Source: Saprolegnia diclina VS20
Lineage: Eukaryota
DNA length: 64,000 nt
Assembly (NCBI RefSeq): GCF_000281045.1
Contig: NW_008246096.1
Location: forward strand, 101,727 to 165,726
Direction of reading: 5' to 3'
This document shows, one piece after another, positions 1 to 12,100 of the stretch. Within the stretch, counting starts at the first letter, position 1, and every line of letters begins with the position of its first letter. Position numbers and translations under genes: made by a program. The notes beneath the pieces were generated by a model. It had not been told where the DNA came from. It did not search any database and was given only the letters and a program-made list of their open reading frames with translations.

Positions 1-662
1 CATTTTGCTCGACTGATCACGATGCGCCTTCTTGAGCGCGTCCATATCGTGGATCATTGCATCTACATGCACTTGGATGGTCGAGATGGCTTGAGCTTGG
101 CTGTGGCCGTGCGACGTCAACGAGCCGGACGACGACTGGACGACGCTGATCAAGTACCTAGTCACCGGTCATGACGCGCTTGCATGGCAGCGCGCTGTGT
201 AGCGTACTGTGGATAGATAAAGGCCACGGCAAGACAGAGAACCGGCAAGAAGAGCCATGTATACCCCATGACGCGTGCGAGCCCGTCCACTGCTGCCCGC
301 TACATCGATGGTCATCGTCACCGCGGCGACTGCGTTCGCCAGCATACCATAGATGGCTTGGTCCGGTACCACGGCAGGCGCTTCTTGCCAAGTGGTCGGT
401 TTGCCATGCGCTGCATGGCCGCGTGCTCGTCCTCAGACTCGTACGCTTCGCCATCCTCATCGTCGTCCTCGTCGTCGTCCTCGTCGAGCATGGAGCCATA
501 CGCGCCGCTCACGTCGTCGCGGAAGAGCGTTCGCTGAAAGGGCGGATCGACGCTCTCCTGGGACGCAAGGCGCTGGCGCACCATGAGCGGCGGCGTCTCA
601 AAGCCCGGCGACCCGCTCTCGCGACGGCCCTTCCGGGCGCTGCCTGGCGTCGCGCGGTGCAT
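1..662 (-). CDS. Spliced type II membrane protein, 3' end runs off the window; layout compatible with a SUN-domain nuclear envelope protein
   Basis: ATG at 662 (MHRATPGSARK...). Removing two short GT..AG introns gives an acidic/basic N-terminus, one hydrophobic segment (YTWLFLPVLCLAVAFIYP) and then an amphipathic, coiled-coil-like stretch (VDAMIHDMDALKKAHRDQ). The SUN identity is inferred from topology only. Confidence 0.55.
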
Positions 663-689
663 GGTCGGGCGTGCGCGTTGGGAATGCAA

Positions 690-699
690 TATCCGGATA
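690..699. promoter_or_regulatory. Palindromic TATCCGGATA candidate promoter element
   Basis: Perfect 10-bp palindrome about 28 nt upstream of the ATG at 662. The same core recurs upstream of many genes in the window. Confidence 0.5.
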
Positions 700-1107
700 C
701 GCGCCAACATCTAGCACATGGCCGCAAGCCCCCATTTGCATACATAAATCGATAGTGAAAAAGCTTGCGGCCAAGGCCGTGGGACCGCGCCAAAACTTAA
801 ACTCTGAGGATCCACTCCATCCTGCACCAAGCGTAAGCTCGACCCGGCAAAGGTAGCTCTCGTGCGCGTGCAGTCGCTCCTACACTTGTCCTTGGTAGAG
901 AAATATGCAGTCGCTGGTCAATTCGATGCTTGGCTGGCCTCGACATACGCCGTCCAAGTGCTTTTCAAATACGGTGGACCCGAGTCCGATGGCGCCAAGG
1001 ACAAGGAGGCACATAGTCGTTGGCGCCGAGCGCATGACCAGCTCAGGTAGCGCCAAGGGCCGATGATTGCATGATCCTGGAGCCCGGTTGAAGACGGCGG
1101 CGGCGGC

Positions 1108-1116
1108 TATCCGGAT
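1108..1116. promoter_or_regulatory. TATCCGGAT candidate promoter element
   Basis: About 33 nt upstream of the ULK4 ATG (1149). Confidence 0.5.
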
Positions 1117-1148
1117 GCAGGATGCGGAAACGGATCCAGCCTGCGAAA

Positions 1149-4100
1149 ATGGAAAACTACAACATCTACGACGAGATCGGCCGCGGGTCGCACTCGGTGG
1201 TGTACAAGGCGCGCCGGAAGCGCAGCATCGAGTACGTGGCCGTCAAGAGCACGGGCAAAGGCCGGAAGGACAAGGTGCACAACGAGGTCCTCCACCTCAT
1301 CAAGCTCGAGTCGACGTTCGTGCTCAAGTTTTACAACTGGTACGAGTCGAGCAACCACATTTGGATCATCTTCGAGTTCTGCATTGGCGGCGACCTCCTC
1401 AAGCTTCTCGCCCAAGACACGGCGCTGCCCGAGACGTCGCTGCAGGTTCATCCATCCACGATGTGCTTGCGTCATCCTGCCTTAGACCTTTGGCCATGAT
1501 CTTGTCCATGGCCTCCACTACGTCCACTCGCAAGGCGTGCTTTACTGCGACCTCAAGCCCGCCAACGTGCTCGTCGACGAGTATGGGTCGCTCAAGGTCG
1601 GTGCCTCCGCGCGACTAGCAGGCTGCTTAAATTGTCAGTAGCTGGCGGACTTTGGCCTCGCCCGGCGTATTCCCACAGTCGAGGCGCTCGAAAAAGTAAG
1701 TGGGCCCATGCACAGAGCTGTTGCGAATGCACACGAGCGTAGGACCCGCTGGCGCCGGGATCTCCGCACTACATGGCACCCGAGCTCTTTGAGGCGACGC
1801 CGTTGCACAGCTTTGCCTCTGACTTTTGGGCGTTGGTACAGCCGTACGTGGCCCAACCGAGGCCGTCATGCAACCGTAGGGCTGCGTGCTGTACGAGCTC
1901 CGCGTCGGGACGCAGTTGTTTCCCCACCGTGACTTTAACCAACTCCGGCACACGGTAACAGTCTAGATTTTGCATCTCGGCGGTCGTACGAGATGTCTTT
2001 TCCAGATCCAGACAACGCATCTCACATTACCAGACGCGGTGGACATGTCCGAGCCGTTCAAGGCTTTACTGCGGCGCCTCCTCGAGCCCGACCCTGCGCG
2101 TCGCATGACTTGGTACATATTTGGTCGCATGCGTCGCACGCTCACCTTGGGTAGGTCGGAGCTCGTCCAGCATCCATTCTGGGACGCAGTGCTGGAGCTC
2201 GACACGAGCGCGCTCCCAGCCCAAGACCTCTTTGCTGCCAAATACCCTTCAACGTACGATCGGTCTTGCATGAATGGTGGCTTCACGAGGCAATTAGCGC
2301 CGAGACAACGACGATGTGGGCGGCCCCCGTCGAGAAGGCCGGTCGCCCGCCGTCCCCGCAGCTGGCGTCGCCCGTCAAACCACCGAGCGACGCGCTTGTG
2401 CACTCGGACGAGGCCGTCAAAGTGCGTCCCGCGACCGCGCCAGAGCACGGTACTGACAACCAAGTATCCCATGATGACGCAATGCCGCGTCATCCAAGTC
2501 CACCGCGGACTGCACCGGCGATGACGCGCCCGATGCCAATGGACAAGATCGAGCTCGTCGCACTGCCCACCAAGGCGGCGCACCAGCGTATCTACACGAC
2601 AGCCGACTGCGCCGTCCGTCCGATCGTGAGCTGCGACGAGATTGAAGCTGTGGCGGTGCCACGTTACAAGGAAGCGAGTCTGCCGGTCCGACCCGCCATC
2701 GCCTTTGATCTCCCCGGGGAGCTCGAAGCGCACTTGGAACAGCTGTACCTTTTCCTACGCGGCGATGCGGGCGCCAACGACAAGCACAACGCGCTCGCCT
2801 ACCTCTGCGCTTTGGTGCCCGCCCCCAAGGTGCGCATTTCATTTCACACATCCATCGCACCTTGCATAGATTGCCAATGTCGTGGCCAACAGCTCCCTCT
2901 TGACGCTGCTCGTCAAGCTCCTCGATCGATCGACATCGTCGGCGCTCTCCACGCGGCTTGGCTTGGTCCTTGGTCTTATCGTGCGGCATGCTGCGTTCAT
3001 TAGCACCGACGCACTCCTCTCGCTCGATGGCCTCGTGCCCGTGCTTCTCCGCGTCTTGCCGTCGGCGTCCGAAGTCCTCGGCCGTCGCGCGACAGCCTGT
3101 CTTGGTGAACTCGCATTCTACCTCTCGACGCTGCCCACCACGTCGTTTCCATCAGCCCTCGTCGATGCACTCGTGAGTGCTGTCGACGCGCCCGATGCCA
3201 TCACGCGCCACTATGCGACTCAAGCGATCTGCAACATCCTGGTGAATGCATCGACGGCCTCTGCCGTGCGGGACGCCTTTCTCAAGGTGTCTCTTCTCGA
3301 CGCTGTATATCGGCGCACGTCCGACATCGACGCGTTGCCGCTGCGGGTTGCCGCCATGCACCTCGCGTCGCAACTCCTCAAGCACACGTCGTCCCCTGAC
3401 CCGTTTCTCGATCGCACGGTGCTCGTCTTGCCGAGCATATGGGCGTGCGTCCGTGTCGGGGATGCTGCGCTGGCTGTCCCGTCTCTCAACATCCTCAATT
3501 GTGTGCTGGCGGCGAGGCCGTCGCTGCCCGTCACCTCGATCGTGTCGGTCGGCGACATTGCACTGCTCCTGCAAAAGAAGGAGTTGGACCTGGATGCTGA
3601 TGCGACCAGCGAGACGCTCGGGCGGTTCCAACACTCGAACGCACGCCTCCGCACGCTGCTCCAAGGCAAGCTCCTTTTGCTCGCGTACTTTGGTCTTCAG
3701 TCGAGCCGTGACTTTGCATTGGCCTTTGTCGCTGCGAATCTCCTCGACGAGGTCGAGCGGTGCCTGCATGCGGCGCAGACGTATGTTGCGCACTCGGCCG
3801 CGCAGGTCGTCTCGCTCGCCGGTCGCATCGCCCTCGAGCTCACGTTTACGCTCGCGTCGTCCGCATCGCCGCCATCGAGCGTCGTCGACCTCTTTGAGAC
3901 GCTTCTCGGCCGCCAGCTCCTCACGCTGCCGCGCTGCCGACACCAGTTCATGGCGATGCTCCGCGCCAACGAGCACGAAGAGTTTGAGTGCTTTGTGCTC
4001 GGGTCCACCGAGCTCCTCAAGCACCCGGAGCTCCAGACGTGCATGGTGCAGTTACTCGTGCCCGTGTTTGCAACCGACGACATCCTCCTCGGCACCGAAC

Positions 4101-5131
4101 GCGACCGTCTCTGGTTCGATTCGGCGCTCGTCGCTGTCGCAGACCTCTTGCTGTCGGCGCCCGACATGCCCGATACGCTCGTGGCCGCGATCCGCGTGCT
4201 CTTTAGCGCTCTCAACATCTTGCCACGCGCCGAGAGCCGCGATGTGTTTGTGCTGCAGGCGCTCCTGCCTGCGTACCGCTCGCTCCTCACGAGCGGTCAC
4301 CACACGGTCGTGTTGCGCTTTGCGATCGAGCTCCTCTATGATCTCGTGCAGCAAGACGCATCGTATGTGGCGATTTTGCACCGTCTCGAGCTCCTCCCGT
4401 TGCTCTTCCGACTGCTGTTGCAGCCGGCTACGATCTCGGCCAGTGCGACGCAGCTCGTTCGCCGCGTCGTGGAAGCCCACGACGTGGTGCCGACTGACGT
4501 GCTCTACGAGCTCGATTTACCAAAGACGCTCGCAGTCTGTAGTGCCCATTGTGCCGCCAACCAGCTCTGGAGCTGCGCGAGCGATATCGGTCAAAGCATG
4601 TACAGTCTCCTCTACGCCCAGTACGAGGCGCCCAACGACGCGCGCTTGTTGTATGCGCAAAGCCATGCTGTGCTCGTCGAGGCGCTTCCGAGTCTCCTCG
4701 CCGTGTGTGCTGCCGACACGGGCGACGAAGCGGACGCCCACGAACACGCATCGCGCTGTGTTTCGCTTCTGTGCCAGGTACACTGATTGCTGCATGTCTC
4801 TCGACGACGACGTGGAGTAGCTCTTTGGGGCCGAGGCTAGCGCAATGCTGCTACGCAAAGGACTTGCGTACGCTTATTGCCATCCACAAGGTAGTGGGCT
4901 CATACGCAGCATAGGAGCTTCCTTTCTGCGCTGCGCGCCTCATCGGCACCGGTGCTCTTCCGCTTGCTCTTGGGTCTCAAGAGTCTCGTCAGCGAACACC
5001 GAGTTAGTCTGACAAAAGACCCGCACTGGCCGCACCTCATTGAGCGCGTGCTCGGTATCGGCAGTGAGGACCAAGGCCGCAAGTCGACGCTCCTCGCGCG
5101 CGAAGTCTACCATCTCATGACCGCGCCGTAG
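1149..5131 (+). CDS. ULK4: ULK4/RUNKEL-family Ser/Thr kinase with C-terminal HEAT/ARM repeats (multi-exon)
   Basis: N-terminus MENYNIYDEIGRGSHSVVYKARRKRSIEYVAVKS...WYESSNHIWIIFEFC is typical of ULK4/RUNKEL. Spliced exons give YCDLKPAN, DFG and YMAPE. A long Leu-rich helical exon spans about 2882-4777. The last exon ends ...VYHLMTAP* at 5131. Confidence 0.9.
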
Positions 5132-5336
5132 ACTCGCCATTCTGCATCATTCAGCTTGTTCTTTCCATCATCCACCTGCGTCGGCATGGCGGACGGACCA
5201 TCTTGCCCACGCGGGTACTAGCTGCGGGTGCCAGCTGCGGGTGCTAGGAGCACGCAAGCAGTAGTAGCTCGATGGGGCGGCTACCGGCAGAGATTGCCGT
5301 TGATGCTGGGCCTGTCACATGTGGCGCCATCATCGG

Positions 5337-5564
5337 TATCCGGATGCTGGAGCGCCACCCAAAGCGAAGGCCGAGGATCATTCGGCGTGTCTATCCGGAT
5401 GGTGCTGTTCACGAAACAGCTAAAATTAATATTCAAGAATCGCGTCATAGACATGCCCTCTACATACAAATAACGAGTATAAAGACCCCGCAATAGCATT
5501 TCTCTTTGTAAAATAATATGCGCGCTTGTCAAAAAAAAGAATCCTATGGGCGTCGGTATCCGGA
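5337..5564. promoter_or_regulatory. Three TATCCGGA motifs (5337, 5392, 5557) upstream of the gene starting at 5577
   Basis: Read directly from the sequence. The last copy ends 12 nt before the ATG. Confidence 0.5.
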
Positions 5565-5576
5565 CACGTGGCCGCC

Positions 5577-7024
5577 ATGTTGAGCGTGGCATTCGTGGAC
5601 GAGGCGAGCATGGCGGACGTGATGGACATCCCGCGCGCGGACGAGATCGCCGAGGTCATGGACTTCCTCAAGTTCAGCATCAAGAGCAGCTCCGGCTTCC
5701 TCGGCAATATCTGCTTCAACTTCCGCGTCGAAGGCGCCGACGAGGACACGCGGCTGCGCTACATTGTGCACGTCAACGCCAAGAAAGGTATGGAGCACTT
5801 GGCCTCGCCTCGCCGAGCGTCGACGCTTATAGCCGCAATGTAGAGGTCAAGACGACGCTTCTCCGAACGGACGTGCCGCAGCACGCCAACATGAAGATTG
5901 ACTGCGAAGTGACCATGACGATCGACGACTTTTTGCACTTGTACTCGGGCAAGGCAACGATCGGCGAGGTCTCGCGCCTCTGCTACTCGGGTCGCGTGCA
6001 CGTCTCGGGCTTCCAGTTCCGCTTCCTTACGCGGTTTGCCCAGAGTTTTGAGTTTTCGACCGACAAGTGGAACGCGTTTTACAAGTGGCAGCGCGACCAG
6101 CAGCAGCAGATCCTCGACGAAGCGTCGCTCATGGCCGACAGCGTCGAGTACAGTCGCTTGCCGCGCCAGATTGCGCTCTACATCCGCGGCGGCGTCAACA
6201 TGGCGATCCTGCAGCGCCGCTGCTTTGAAGCGTCGCTGAGCCGCATCTTTGGCACGCGCCTCCTCCTCTCGTACACGTCGCTCGCGCACAGCGGCAAGCA
6301 GTTCCAGCACACGCCCCGCGCCAAGAAGCTTTTGCGCATCTCGCGTACGCTCAACGGCGTGCACCCGCCGACGCGCAAGACGAACGCCAAGGCCGTCGGC
6401 AAGTCGCTCCGTGACGAGGTCGAAGGTGTCTTGGCGTCGTCGTACTCGCTCGTGGCCGACGAGGACCTTCTCTTGGCGCCCTCTTTGATCGACGACGAGA
6501 TGGTCAAGGTGCTGCAGGGCACCGCGCGGTACCCGCTGCGTCGGAAGAAGGGCAACTGGATCACAAAGCTCAAGCAGTCGACCGACCTCCACAAGCGCGT
6601 GGATCTCACAGACGCGACGCGCAAGCAGATCGACAAGATCGTGGCCAACCTTATCGGGCCGGACCAGCCGATGACCAAGAGCAACTTTATGCCGGCGCCG
6701 CAGCGCGTCTTGCACGAGCTAAAGAACCTCATCTCGAGTTCCCAGCACGAGCCTTCGTCGCCGCCGCTCGCGTCAGTCCTCCGGGACATGGACGCTGCGA
6801 TCGCCATGGAGCTCGGCCTCGTGGAGAAGAAGCAAGCGTTTGTGCGGCCGGCGCCGCCTGTCGAGATTGGCACGCGCGACATCATCCGCTACAACACGAA
6901 CCGCGAGTTCATCAAGGGCAAGAAGGCCCTCAAGAAGAAGATCGAAGGCCTTCGCCAAGGCCTCTTGACCCACCGCCCCGTCGAGGCCGTCCCCGACAGC
7001 ATGGCCTTCCTCATCGACTACTAG
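5577..7024 (+). CDS. Hypothetical protein with N-terminal SCP2 (sterol carrier protein 2)-like domain; 2 exons
   Basis: ATG 5577 (MLSVAFVDEAS...). An intron at about 5789-5843 joins the 5546..7024 ORF. The segment IDCEVTMTIDDFLHLYSGKATIGEVSRLCYSGRVHVSG resembles the SCP2 signature (aDc.itm..ddf..l..Gk......f.sGkl.v.G). Confidence 0.6.
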
Positions 7025-7507
7025 ACGTCGCCCCTATTTAACCCTCTCTATGTCATCTCGTCCACGTTGCTCAATGCTAGTCGGTTGAATATTTGTCGTA
7101 ACGGCTAGCGCTCACGGCTTGGCGACTCGGTTCAACTTCTGGCTCTTTGCTCAAACTCAATTCTCAAAGCGCATGCGATTAGTTGAGTTGTGCGTTATTG
7201 GATGGGGCCCCCCAGGAAGGTGCGGTTTTTACGCCGGATACAGGGCGTCTCGTATAAAAATTCCGCCAATGAAATCGACGTGTGTTTGAATTTTTAAATT
7301 GACGCCACCCAGCGCGAAGGAGGGGGTCATCTGTTTTCATAAAATAATGGAGACTATGAGCATTTGTATGCCGAGAGGTATAAAATTGACTGGGCCTGCT
7401 GGCTGGTTTTGAGATTTTGGCACACAAACACGGTTGAGGGAAGATCTCACAGTGGACGCCACGCAGTACAGTAGTCGACGACGACGAGCCAGCCACCCGA
7501 GACCATC

Positions 7508-8856
7508 ATGCAGTACCAGTCCAATGATGAGAACGTCGTCCCTACCGCCCTCCGCGCGCGCCCCACGCGCGTACGCCCGCGCCTGCCCAGCCTCGCCGCC
7601 TCATGCGCCTCGTAGGTGTTCAAGCCGCTCGGTAGCCGAAGCCTGAAGCAGCATGGCGAGAAGGTCGACCCGTCCAAGATGGCCCAGACCTTCAAGCGCT
7701 CGGCGCTCGGCGAGATCACGAACAACAAGCTCACGGTACGCGCCGGCGAGAGGCCACGGACAGGCCATCTCACGTTGCACAGGCGCAAGTGGCCCAAAGC
7801 ACCAAGCTCCTCCGTGACGGCCAGAAGGTGGCCCGTCGCCAAGAGGTGATTCGCCGCACGTCGCTCGTGAAGGAAGAGGTGACAATCAAGTCGGAGCTGC
7901 GCATCGAGCCCGAGCTGGAGGCGTACAACCCGTACGACATTGACTCGAAAGACAAGGGCGATGAACTGGCCTGTTCGCAGTACGCGGCCGACATCCACAA
8001 GTACTACTTTGAAGTTGAGGTACTTGCGAGCATGTATCGTCAGCCATTCAGGATTGTGGGCGTAGAAAACGCGCATGCCCAACCCGTCCTACATGACGGA
8101 CCACTGCGATGTCAACATCAAGATGCGCGGTATTCTCGTCGACTGGCTCGTCGATGTTCACTACAAGTATCACCTTGAGCCACAGACGCTCCATATCGCC
8201 GTCAACCTCGTCGACCGCCACTTGGAGAAGAACGTGACGCTGCAGCGCGCGCGCCTTCAGCTCGTGGGCGTGACGTCGCTCTTCATTGCGTCGAAATACG
8301 AAGAGATCTACCCGCCCGAGGCCGAGGACTTCATCAAGATCACCGACAACGCGTACGAGCTCAAGGACCTCTTCAAAATGGAAGAGGAGCTCCTCGCGAG
8401 CATCGGCTACCGCGTCACGTCGCCGACGTCGTTCCAGTTCATGAACCGGTTCCTCAAGGCGTCGGCCACCGAGGACCCCAAGATGCGCCACTACGCCCAC
8501 TACATTGTCGATCGCTGCATGCAAGAGTACAAGCTGCTGAAGTACCGGCCGTCGATGCTGGCGGCGACGGCCGTCTTCCTCACCCGTACCTATATGTCTG
8601 CGACGCCCGTCTGGGTACATGATTTGCTCGTTGCCCGACCAAAGCTCATGTGGTGATGTAGTCGGCGACCGTGGAGCACCACTCGACGTACTCGGAAGCC
8701 GCCCTCGCCGCGTGCATGAACGACGTCAGCACCATGCTTCTCACGGCGTCCCTCGGCGTCGGCAAGTCGGCCAAGCTCACGGCCGTCAAGCGCAAGTTTG
8801 CCAAGGATAAGTTCCACTCGGTGTCGCTCTTCCAGCTCAAGCACAGCGACGTGTAG
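7508..8856 (+). CDS. Mitotic (A/B-type, probably B) cyclin; about 5 exons
   Basis: Destruction box RSALGEITN. Cyclin box MRGILVDWLVDVH...LQLVGVTSLFIASKYEEIYPP. Cyclin C-terminal domain ends at the stop at 8856. Confidence 0.92.
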
Positions 8857-9154
8857 ACCTTGTCGATAGCTCCCAATGTGTGCACACACACGCCCACTAG
8901 TAGCATAGTTCATGTTTAGTTAATAATTAGTCCTTGACACGATTGTACATTTTAACAATCTGATTATTCCTCGTCCCACGCCTGTTCAAGGCGGTGTATT
9001 GAGGGCTAGGTCATTGACCCGTAAATGTCAACTGCAGAACATCATAGCGCAAGACAAGCGTGGGCGGCGGTCGGGTTTGGCACCGATGCAGAATGCCATC
9101 ATTGATATACAGGGCAAGTTACATGTAAAAGAGTAGTCATTTACGCAGTTCGAC

Positions 9155-12100
9155 CTAGTCGCTCGTACTCGAGGTGAAGCTCAAAAGCGACTTATTGACG
9201 CCAGAGCTCATCTTTTTCTCCAAAAATGCTTCGTACGTTTCCATGATGGCTTGGCGACTCGCCGCTTCCTCTTCGGGTGTCTCCCAGAAGCGCGAGACGT
9301 CGACGGCCACACCCGGCATACTCTCCTGGCGCGCAAAGAGGCGGCCCGTCACGACCTTCTCGGGCGCCGAAAGCAGCGCCGAGAAGGCGTCGAGAACGGT
9401 TCGGTGCGCTTGATTGTCGAGCTCGACGCGCTTCTCCATCGAGACGTACGTCGGTCCGTCGCTGAGGCTGTAGTACACGGGCTTGTACGCCTTGATCTCG
9501 GTACTGGCGTCGTCCCAGAGCTGGTGCTTCCCAGTGTACACGGCTTCGTGCGAGAGCTTGAGGTCCCAGCGTGGCACATACACGCGCGCGATTTTGGTCG
9601 GCAAAACATCGCAGACCATTGATGCCACGGGCACGTGACGGTAAATGGCGGCCGCGGCCCGTCGGGGCGCCTAATATCAAGGTATCAGGTCCCAAACTCC
9701 TCTTGCAGGTATTACCTCGTGGATCTCGGTTTCGATGGCCGAGACCGTGGCCGCCACAACCGAGTTGCGGCGCTTGACGTCGAGTGTCACGAGCGACGAG
9801 AAGACAGCAGCGACGGCCGACGGGTTCTGACGCAGCTCGTGCAAGGGCACCTGCGGCACTGTCGCCTCCGGCGCCAACTGGTACAGGCGCGACGCCCAGA
9901 GCCGTTCGATGCCAGTGACAGGGCAGGCCATCGACGGCTTGGGCGCCTTCAGCAGCGCACGCACAACCTCTTCGGTCGCTTGGTGCACGACACCGTCGCA
10001 GCGCGTCACGAGGTAGTCGACCGGGATCGTGCGCGGCGCGACAAGGAGGCGGTCGCCGTCGGCCACGAGGATGTCGCGCACGCCGTCGTCGGTGCGGTGC
10101 AAAATGATGCGCAAGGCGTCCGGTGCAATCGCAAACACATCGTGGAGCAAGTTCATGGCGGCGGCGAGGTCGAGGCTGCGCAAGTTGACATAGACCGTCG
10201 GCATGACCGGCGAGGCTTGCAGGAAGGCCGTGAGCTTCAGGGGCGCCTCAAAGGCGTGCGACGGCGGAAGCTCGGGGAACCCAACGACCGACACTTCGCG
10301 GCCCCAGTCGTGTGCCTTTGAGAGAAGCGACGGCGACCAGAGATACGTGATCGGGATTTTCCAGACCGAAAAGGACGGCGGGAGTCGGTGGTGCCACGGC
10401 GGGAGGCCGAGCGTCTCGACGCGAAACTGGTTGAGCACATCGCGGCAGTTGGTCCACGCGTACTCGTCGACGGCCGCGTACGAGAGCCAGTTGCTCCACT
10501 CGCTCCACGTCGACGAGTCCTCCATGAGCGGGTGTGGGAACTCGCTCGTCGGACTCCACGGCGACGACGCAATCAGCTGGACCGGCACACCGAGACGCTC
10601 GGCCAAGTAGCGATGGACGATGACACCAGGATGCGACAGAATCAAGTCGGCGCGGAACCCGACGCCGTTGACCGCCTCCCACGTGGACTGGAGGAACGCG
10701 AGGGGGTCGTGCCAAGGGCCATCGACCGTCGCCATCTTGCCGATCCGGTCCATCCAGTCGTGAACGCTCGTCGGGTTGCCCTGCAGCGAGAAAAAGTCGA
10801 GGCCATGCGAGCGCACAAGCTTTTCGTGAAGCGGGTTGGCGGCCAATCGAACGTGATGGCCGTCCGACGCAAGCACAGACGCGACGGCAATGACAGCTTC
10901 GACTTCCGAGGGCGCCCCGATCGCGAGGACGCACACGTTCATGTGGAAGGGCACGGACGCCGGCGCGTCATGCAACGACGACGACGACACGGCGTCGAGA
11001 AGGCGGCGCGTCGACGGTGCCCGGCGCAAGAGATCGCCACGAACTTCGTACTCCATGTGGAACTCCCCGGTCGCGGACCAGCGCATGCCACGGACAACCA
11101 TCGGGACACCCGACGACGACGACGAAGAGGACTCATTGCCGTCGTCACCGTCGTCGTCATCGTCTGTCACTGTCACCGACGACGACGCCTCGAGCGATTC
11201 GGACGGCGGCGGCGACAACTCGCGATGTTCCTTGAGCGCGATCACGTCCTTGAGCGCCGATAAGATCTGCGTCTGCTCGGCGGGCGTGACGTGGACGCCA
11301 ACGAGCGGCGCGAGGCTGTGCCGGTGCACACGGTCGCGGTCGGCTTCGTCGCTCGTCGCAGTCGAGAATGTTGCGTCGTTGCGGCTGAAGAGCTGCTTGC
11401 CGTCAAAGCGGGGCTCCTTGCGCTTGCCCTCGTCGCGATGCTTCAAGTTGTAATGGCCAACGGCGACACGATCGGTGAAGAGCGCAATGCCATGCAGCGG
11501 CGCGAGGGCAAAGTTGGCGAGACCTTTTGCTGCGCCGATGGCCGCGCCCTTTGCGCCATCCTTCTTGTAGCCTTTAGTCGGCTCGGCGACTATGCCGACG
11601 AGCGACGACCCAATCTCGTGGACAAACGCACCCGCCCCGTTCGCAGCGCCTTCCAAGCCCGAGTTCGGACCGCTGCGCGCGTAGGCCATGACGTGGTAGT
11701 CGAGCACCGCTTGGTCCGACGTGGACCGGATCACGTACGCGCAGCAGTCGCACACTTGGACCTGATCTTTCACGAGCCACTTGGTCGCCATGTGCGTCGG
11801 TGTGAACGCGCACTTCATCTTGTGCAGCGGTAAATGGTTGTAGAAGCTCTGAACCGCGGCTTCGACGCCGTTCTCGGCCTGCATGGCAGCTTGGAGTGCC
11901 CGCGCGTTGGCGGCGAGCTCTGGCGACGAGAGCTGCGCAAACGCTTGGGTGAGCACCGGCGTCGTGAGGTCGGCGATCGGGCACGGTGGCGCGCCAACGC
12001 CCGCATTCACAACCGCCCAGCCCCAGAACGGCTGGTCGCCAAAGAACGGCACAATAAAGGTCGGCTTGCCCGCGAGGAGACCCGCGGCCGTCGTGCCAGC

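Noticed and set aside
3246..4820. 524-aa alternative-frame ORF inside ULK4
   Set aside because: Arg/Ser/Cys-rich off-frame translation typical of GC-rich CDS.
9155..9634. 159-aa ORF as an independent gene
   Set aside because: It joins in frame to the sterol glucosyltransferase through a GT..AG intron and mirrors the end of module 1.
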